Origin: Obrimoposthia wandeli
Taxonomy: Eukaryota
DNA length: 64,000 nt
NCBI GenBank assembly: GCA_977020255.1
Contig: CDROCS010001491.1
Span: 1,612,001 to 1,676,000 of the forward strand
Direction of reading: 5' to 3'
Part shown: positions 56,905 to 64,000 of the stretch, one piece after another
How positions within the stretch are numbered: position 1 is the first letter of the stretch
Layout of the letters: every line of letters starts with the position of its first letter
Notes under the pieces: generated by a model
Told to the model about the DNA's origin: nothing
The model's input: only the letters and a program-made list of their open reading frames with translations
Databases searched by the model: none
Made by a program: the position numbers and the translations under genes

Positions 56905-59900
56905 ATGCCTATGGTAAGAATTTATTTTTATTATTTCCTTATTAATATTTATTATTTCAGATTACGTGTAACCTATTCCCTGCGTATTGCTTTGCTTCGG
57001 CTCCGCATGGAGGAGAGTCCTGCATGGAGACAATGTCTGCATACTATCGGACAAAGTCTCAAGGTGTTCTGTTCTTCGTCTGCCCCTTCTGCAGAACAAT
57101 GGAGGAGAAGGAATTTCGAGAATTCTTCTGTGAACATCGAGCTCACCTATCGTGTTTCACGGCCAACAACAAGAAGAGGGATATCGTCCAATTGGTGCGC
57201 GATTCGCAGGCCGCTCCAGCTCCACCTCCAATTACAGTGGCAGTCAGTCTACCAGTTTATGGTCCTGCCATTGGTCCTTCTCTCCCGGCTCCTGATTCTG
57301 CTGCTTCCCCATCCACTCAAATGTCTAACAATGAGTGGATGAACGACATCTCCGAGGAAGATTTTGAGGAGTTGGCACCAGCAACCCAATTCTCAAACAA
57401 TGACTGGATGCGAAATATCACCCAGTCAGATTTCGAGATGGAGCAGCCTCAGTGGAGCGATAACTCATGGTTGGAGACCATCGAGGAATCCGACTTCGTC
57501 GAGTCAACGGACGACAGCTGGATGGATTCCATCAATGAAGAGGACTTCATTCCAGCTCAAAACTTGGATTGTCATCATTAGGTTTTTTTTTTTTTTTTTT
57601 TGTAAATTGTAATTATATATTTTATTTTTAATATATATATTTTATTTATATTATTTATTCAGGAAATACCGTTCTACAATCGTCATCTGCTACAACAGAT
57701 ATGCCTCCACCATCGCGAGTGCCTACATCGATGTTAGCACGCCTTAGAGGTAATAATTTTTAAAAATATATTTATTTTTTAATATATTTATTTCAGCAGC
57801 ACTAACTTCTACAACAGCCGCTTCTTCATCGGAAAGGTCAGCGGTCCCTTCAACATCATCTACAGTTGCCTCAACATCGGCAGCATCAACAATAGCAGCT
57901 GCTTCCACATCAGCTGCAATTGTCTCAACATCGGCAGTATCACCAATAGCAGCATCTTCAACCTCAGCTGCGATTGTCTCAACTATTAATATAAATAGTT
58001 GTCTTCCCGTTCAATTAGGGGGAGGTTTGTCAGCGACAAACGGAAGAAAGAGGCGAGGCCAATTTCTTAATAAGGTCCCACCCAAAAAACGTAGAGAAAA
58101 CGGTGCTACTATAGAGTATCACCTAAATAATAAATATGTTATAGTTAAGGTGCCATTAGGAAATGAAATTTTATTAAACGTAGTTGTAGATTCAAATATT
58201 GAAAATCTTTTAAAATCAGAAGTGACTAAATTAGGACAGGCTAAGGTTCAATTTTGCGCAACAGTGCAGTTTAAAAATGTCAATGAGGAAACTAAAACTT
58301 GGGTAATTTCACATAAAGCAACTGTTTTTTATGATAATTTTGTAACTGAAATTGGAAGAAATTGCTTTCTGTATAGCGTGTTGGCCATCCTCAAAAGGGA
58401 TGTAATTACTGAGCATAGAGAGCGTGTCAGTAAATATACCTCTTTTTTAAATGAATTGCAGTATCATGGAATAGATTTTCCTGTTAAATTAACTGCGATA
58501 TCAAGATTTGAACATCTTAATAACTTGAGTATTAATGTATTCAAATATAATACTGATATCCCAGTTAATGTAACAGATGAAGAAATTTTTAAAAATCCTT
58601 TTGTAGATGTAATTTATAGGAGCAAAAATGATCAGGTCAACTTAATTTTGCTCGAACATAATAATAAATTCCATTATGCTGCAATTCCCAGTTTAGATCG
58701 TCTTCTAAATTTAGATAATGGAGCCTTACCGGTTAGGATAAGGTGTAAGTGGTGTCATAGATGTTTGCATGGATTCCGATCCGAGCTCTCTTACAGCAAA
58801 CATCTGACATTATGTTCACTGAATCCTGATGACAATACGCTATATAGCATGCCTAAGGATAAGGATTTAAAATTCAGGGATTGGGCAAAATGCATACCCG
58901 TGGAATTCAGGGTGTATGCAGATTTTGAGTCAATTTTAGCATTGCACGACCAGTATGAGAGTATTCACCTACCGGCTTCGGCAGGACTACTATTCTTAGG
59001 CCCCAATATTACCCAGTATCATAAATTTTCCGGTCCAAATTGTATTTTAGATTTTATGTTAAAATTAGAGGAATTAGGAACAACAATTGTCAAACCGTGG
59101 TATGATCTCAATGCTCATCAAACAATGATCATGACAGGCATAGACTGGGTTAATTTTAATTCTTGTAGATTATGTTATTTGTGTGGAACCCAGTCTAAGT
59201 TAGTCAGAGATCACGATCATGTTACAGGGCGATACTTGGGAGCGGCGTGCAACCTTTGTAACCTTGGCCGTCGACTCCCTAAAAAACCACGCATTCCCAT
59301 CGTGTTTCATAACCTCAAAGGATATGATTTGCATCATATACTTAAATACGCGTTGGGTACATTAAGCTCTTGGGAAATTTCATGTATACCTCAAACTTGA
59401 GAGAAATATTTATCTTTAACTGCATATACTGAATTCTGCAGTTTAAGATTCATATATTCTCTGCAGTTTTTGAGCGGGTCTTTAAAAAATTTAACGGCAT
59501 CTTTAAATGCATGGCCAATTACACAGTCAGTGTTCCCAGCTTCGGTTAACGATAAGTGGATTTTTCCGTATAAATTTGCGAAAACTTTCGCAGATTTAGA
59601 AAATACAACTGAAATCCCACCCATAACTGAATTTGAGGTTGTAAGTCTTCAAGACTATAATGAGGCCCGTACATTTTGGGTGAATAATTGTCAAAATCTT
59701 CTCGAATATATGCTTTATTATATGAAGTTAGACATTTATCTTTTAGCTGATGTTTTTGAGTCCTTTCGTGTAAAGTCTTTAGCAGAAGATGGGCTAGATC
59801 CCATGCATTTCTTTAGTTTACCTGGTCTTTCATAGGCAACAGCAATAAAAACTCTTAAAATTAATATCGAGTTACTGCAAGATCCCGCGATGTATCAAAT

Positions 59901-61070
59901 GTATGATTATGGTATACGCGGTGGAATGACTTTTGTCAACAAACATCATGTTGTCAAAAATCAATCCACGGAGATTCTGTACATCGATATTAATAATTTG
60001 TATGGGTGGGCGCTTACTCAACCTACCGCATGCCAACTTTAAGTGGGTTTATGATGAGGAAGAGTTGAATAAGTTGATGACAGATTTGGCTACTGTTGAT
60101 ACAGTTTAATCCGACGTCGGCTATTTGGTTGAGGTGGACATAAATATCCTTCCCAATGTGCATGATAAATTAGATGATCTTCCAGTAGCGCCTGTTCATC
60201 AATGCCCACCTAATTCAAAGGTTAATAAATTATTGTTAACCCATGAAGACAAGTTGAATTATGTTGTGCATTGGCGGCTTCTTCAATTCTACTTAAAGTT
60301 GGGAACGAAAGTTACTCGAATTCATCGTGCTATAAGCTTCAGTCAAAACTTTGTGTTTAAAGACTATATTGAGAAGAATTCAAGAAAACGTAATTTGGCC
60401 ACTAGCAAATTCGATCGAGATTTTTACAAGTTAAAAAGTAATAGTCTCTTTGGAAAAACTGTAGAGGACTTGCGGAAACGTATTTGTCTACGGTTTTGCA
60501 ATGATGAGCGTAAACTAATAACATATACTAGCAAGTACAACTTCAAGCGTAGTTTTACAATTGCAGATGACTTGGTAGCAGTGTTATTAGGAAAACAGAG
60601 TATTTGTCTCGATCGACCGAGTTATATAGGTCAAACGGTTTTAGACATTTCTAAACTCAGAATGTATGAGCTTCAATACATAGAATTGGAGAAATATCGA
60701 CAAGAATTTGATTGTGAGATTAAAATCGCAGCTGGGGACACTGACTCTTTCTTTTTAGAATGTAGGAATGTTAGTTTAAATAATCAATTATTACCAGCAA
60801 TGTTTAGGGACAACTTACTAGATACCCATAAATATCCCGCTAACCATCCTCTACACTCTATGAGTTTAAAGGACATTATCGGGAAATTTAAGGATGAAAG
60901 CGAGGGACAGGTATCGTATGATGATTGTATTTTCCTACGCCCTAAATGATACAGTTTACATGCATCTAATAATACATGTTCAATGAGAGCAAAGGGTGTC
61001 GGAAGAAACAATCTTACACATGAGGCCTACCGGAAAGTTTATGATACTGGGTGTGTTGGGGTTTCTATAT
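56905..61070 (+). pseudogene. polB: Spliced Zn-finger / acidic-repeat / Ser-Ala-Thr linker / pPolB gene (exons 56905-56913, 56961-57581, 57663-57749, 57797-~61070)
   Basis: Introns of 47, 81 and 47 nt with GT-AG ends; exon 4 is in frame with ORF 58027. Pol motifs YADFES, VFHNLKGYD, YIDINNLYG, KLKSNSLFGK, AGDTDS. Nonsense codons at 59398, 59833 and 60947, frameshifts, an internal deletion and C-terminal truncation. Confidence 0.85.
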
Positions 61071-61510
61071 GAAACTGAGTTCTAATATAGATCCTCTTTA
61101 GTGGAGGGCCCCAACGTGAGTTCTATAGAAGCAGGACTTAAAGATGGTTGTGGCCTACTTAATGTTATGCTTGCCTGTCTCAATTCTTATCTGAAGGTTT
61201 GTTGTTTTGTCTTAATCTGAAGGGTTTATAACAACGCTTTCTAGTTGTAGGAAATCGTTTATTATTAAGCACACTAATTTAACACAAATTGACACGTCTA
61301 AGTACGTTCTAAAAATTACAATAAAATTCCTAAGACTTCTGTAAGTCTCTACACAAGTGGGGATGATCCACGTATCGATTTTAATTTTAGGGTTGAAGGT
61401 TTATAAAGTCTTTCTAATATATTGGTAACTGCACAAAATCAAAACTTGCTCTAATTTATAGAGTCTTTCTAGTAATTTAACGATTACAAACTTGCTCTAA
61501 TTTATAGAGG

Positions 61511-61995
61511 CTTCAAATCAATCAAAATCACTATTTAATCAATCGGCTTTCAAAATTACTATTAAATTAATCGGCTTTCCAAAATTACTATTTAATCAAT
61601 CGGTTTCCAAAATTACTCTTAAAATCAATCAGCTTCAAAATTACTATTTAATCAATCGGTTTCCAAAATCACTCTTAAAATCAATCGGCTTTAAAATTAC
61701 TATTTAATCAATCGGTTTCCAAAATTACTCTTAAAATCAATCAGCTTCAAAATTACTATTTAATCAATCGGCTTTCCAAAATTACTATTTAATCAATCGG
61801 TTTCCAAAATTACTCTTAAAATCAATCAGCTTCAAAATTACTATTTAATCAATCGGTTTCCAAAATCACTCTTAAAATCAATCGGCTTTAAAATTACTAT
61901 TTAATCAATCGGTTTACAAAATCACTCTTAAAATCAATCGGCTTCAAAATTACTATTTAATCAATCGGTTTCCAAAATCACGTTTAAAATCAATC
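61511..61995 (+). repeat. Minisatellite of alternating ~28-30-bp units (AATCAATCGG/TTCCAAAATTACT)
   Basis: About 16 copies of AATCAATC(G/A)G(T/C)TT(C)CAAAAT(T/C)ACT, alternating ATTT and CTTAA linkers. Confidence 0.92.
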
Positions 61996-62018
61996 TACTT
62001 TATTTCCGCGCTTGTTCC

Positions 62019-62297
62019 TTACCTCCTCCGTATAATCTGGCGTCCGGTCTCGATTGGCCTCCTCAGATGTCGGTCGAATCCTCTGCTGGGTACTCTTGAC
62101 GTGCTGTGATCGCACTGTACGGTTCTCGTTCTGGGTGATTCTGACGGTCTCTCCTTGTTTTTAGTTGTGCTGCCTTCTTCGTTTCCGCTGTTTGCTTCTC
62201 TTAATTTGGGTGCTCGGAATCTATCGCTGAGACTTTCTTCAAAAAAACGTCGCTCGGATTTGATCACGAGTCTTTCTGATTCCAAACTTTCTGGCAC
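62019..62297 (-). CDS. Hypothetical low-complexity exon/ORF
   Basis: TATATAAA on the minus strand at ~62331-62339 and a possible GTAAGG donor at its 3' end; no recognised family. Confidence 0.35.
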   Translation of the reverse strand: MPESLESERLVIKSERRFFEESLSDRFRAPKLREANSGNEEGSTTKNKERPSESPRTRTVQCDHSTSRVPSRGFDRHLRRPIETGRQIIRRR

Positions 62298-62391
62298 AAT
62301 AATGACTGCAACAAATCAGTAATCACTTGGGTTTATATAGCTCACCTTCTTCAATAGGCCCAGGCTTTGTCAATAATGTGACGTTCGGAGT

Positions 62392-62609
62392 TTCGGCTCT
62401 GTCCACAAGTGTCACTCAGCTTGTTGGCTCTGTAAACAATGTTGTTTACTTACACTTAATATAAGTGCACTTACTCTGGTTTGGATCCGGCGAATTCCGA
62501 TTCGGCTCTGTCCACAAGTGTCGCTCAGCTTGTTGGCTCTGTAAACAATGTTGTTTACTTACACTTAATGTAAGTGCACTTACCCCGGTTCGGATCCGGC
62601 GAATTCCGC
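62392..62609 (+). repeat. Two tandem 109-bp direct repeats
   Basis: TTCGGCTCTGTCCACAAGTGTC starts at 62392 and 62501. Confidence 0.85.
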
Positions 62610-63334
62610 TAAATCAACGACTTGGCTCCGTACTGCTAGATGAGTCACTTGTCGAATTCTTCTTATTGTTGACACTGGCTTGATTGAGTCACTTGGTGAA
62701 TTCTTCTTCACTTAATAATTCTGTTTCTTGGGCTTCTTCGTAATTGTAATTTTTTGGGCCTTTTAATAATTTAAACTCAACTATATATAACCCATGCTTA
62801 CACATGACCTTCGTGGTCTTAATATTTTCCCACTACTTTTATTTTTATGAATTTAATTCTTATAATTAATTTATCCTAATTTATAAACTTGCTTTCAAGG
62901 ATTTTTATTTTAATATAAATAGTTTAATTATTTTAATTAAATTTAAAACCTAATCCTAACATATCTCGGGGGTTCCAAAAAAGTTACGTCCTCGGAACGT
63001 ATCGATTTTAAATCATTAGTCCCTTATTTTAGAAACATCCCCACTTAACTTCAATCATTCAAGATCTACATCTACATTAAACATACCCACTTTTAGACAA
63101 GATTCGGTTTTTTGGTCTCTTAGAAATTCGGACTGGTCACGAATATGTGTATTATACAAAATAATTTTAAAGAAATGAGAAGGAGAAGGATCGGAGAAGG
63201 GAGTAATAGTGTTAATGTTAGTCTAGGGTCAGATCAATAGTCGGCTCCTGTTGATTCCGTTCCTCCAGGAATAGCATGACCCGTTCCAAGGGTAACATTG
63301 GGAATTCTGGGGTTTCTCCCTGGTAGAGCCCCAG

Positions 63335-63748
63335 CTACTGCAGGATGCTCAGGTGCAGGCTCGGCCAGAATAGGAGGTGGATATCGAGTCCTTGCGAAGT
63401 GTGGTTGTGGAGCCACATTCGCCGAGCGAACTGCCACGAGTGGTGGTCGCGGCTAGACCACCACACCTCTCGGATATTGCGCTGCGCGTTGCGACGGCGC
63501 ACAGGGCAAACGGAACACTGACAGTGCTCGCCATCAATGCAGCTGGTGGGTGAGCGGGTGCCCTTTGGTCGTCCACGGCACTGGAGTGCCCATTCGGTAA
63601 AGGGTGCACGGCACATCGGGCATGTTATGTGGCCCGCGGACTGAGCTCTGGTCCACATATAGAGGCACGGCTCGTGGAATTTGTGCCGGCATCCGGCAGG
63701 GATTGCCGAGTAGAACCGAATATGCTCGAGGCATATTGAGCATAACAT
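63335..63748 (-). CDS. RING-H2 E3 ligase-like protein with a second Cys cluster
   Basis: CSICLE..GCRHKFHEPCLYMW..TCPMCRAPF (complete C3H2C3), then CIDGEHCQCSVC. Intronless GC-rich island. Confidence 0.82.
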   Translation of the reverse strand: MLCSICLEHIRFYSAIPAGCRHKFHEPCLYMWTRAQSAGHITCPMCRAPFTEWALQCRGRPKGTRSPTSCIDGEHCQCSVCPVRRRNAQRNIREVWWSSRDHHSWQFARRMWLHNHTSQGLDIHLLFWPSLHLSILQ

Positions 63749-64000
63749 CTGCACAATGGTAGGTTGGTTAATCACTTTTTTATTTGGGGTTTAAGGGAAT
63801 TTTATTCCTAAATTACAACTTTAATATTTTAAATTAATACTTTAACTTTAGTATTTTAACCTACCGAATTTTGTCTTTACTTTGGGCATATTTTTCGCAT
63901 TCTAAGCATAAAAAATTGTCTTTTGGAATTTTCAGTAAAATAATTACAATTTCAAATAAACATCAAACATAAAAATGGTAAAGGTCATTTTACAGTTTCA

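Larger units (their letters stand above)
48530..61070 (+). mobile_element. Second, degenerate Polinton-related gene cluster (no capsid, integrase or TIR visible in the window)
   Basis: Contains a pPolB pseudogene homologous to the first element, two copies of the DEDD-like gene shared with it, RING and other accessory genes. Boundaries not defined. Confidence 0.7.

Noticed and set aside
61154-61159. CCTACT as the right terminus of the second Polinton (also at 51833-51838)
   Set aside because: Only a hexamer; no adjacent TIR structure, no partner end and no TSD.
1-64000. rRNA, tRNA or prokaryotic operon features
   Set aside because: None recognised; spliceosomal introns and metazoan transposons indicate an animal nuclear genome. 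The host species cannot be determined from the sequence alone.

Overview
AT-rich genomic DNA from an invertebrate animal, not a prokaryote. (1) A host nuclear-receptor gene of the NR2C/TR2-TR4/Hr78 type, 8 exons on + from 1448 to 40739, about 544 aa when spliced. (2) Inside its 24-kb first intron, a complete 12,457-bp Polinton/Maverick (adintovirus-like) element at 2308-14764, with ~0.9-1.0 kb TIRs and a perfect 6-bp TSD (TAGTTT), nested in an old hAT transposon. It encodes protein-primed PolB, packaging ATPase, integrase-chromodomain, penton, major capsid, adenain protease, pX- and pVI-like proteins, a DEDD exonuclease-like protein and, unexpectedly, a TATA-binding-protein (TBP)-like gene. 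Its structural and packaging genes are preceded by a non-canonical TATAAACA box, whereas the TBP-like gene and its neighbour carry canonical TATAAATA. This suggests an element-encoded TBP/late-promoter system and is the lead finding (inference). (3) Non-autonomous derivatives with the same termini: a 176-bp hairpin element with a 6-bp TSD, a 17-bp fused-ends footprint and an orphan TIR. (4) A degenerate Gypsy LTR retrotransposon at ~41.9-48.4 kb. (5) A second, degenerate Polinton-related gene cluster at ~48.5-63.8 kb with 44-81-nt spliceosomal introns, a spliced Zn-finger/acidic-repeat/PolB gene whose Zn finger is shared with the first element, RING-H2 genes and duplicated accessory genes. Relics of piggyBac, Chapaev3, mariner and MITEs and several tandem repeats are also present. 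All alignments and translations were done by eye; no database searches were run.
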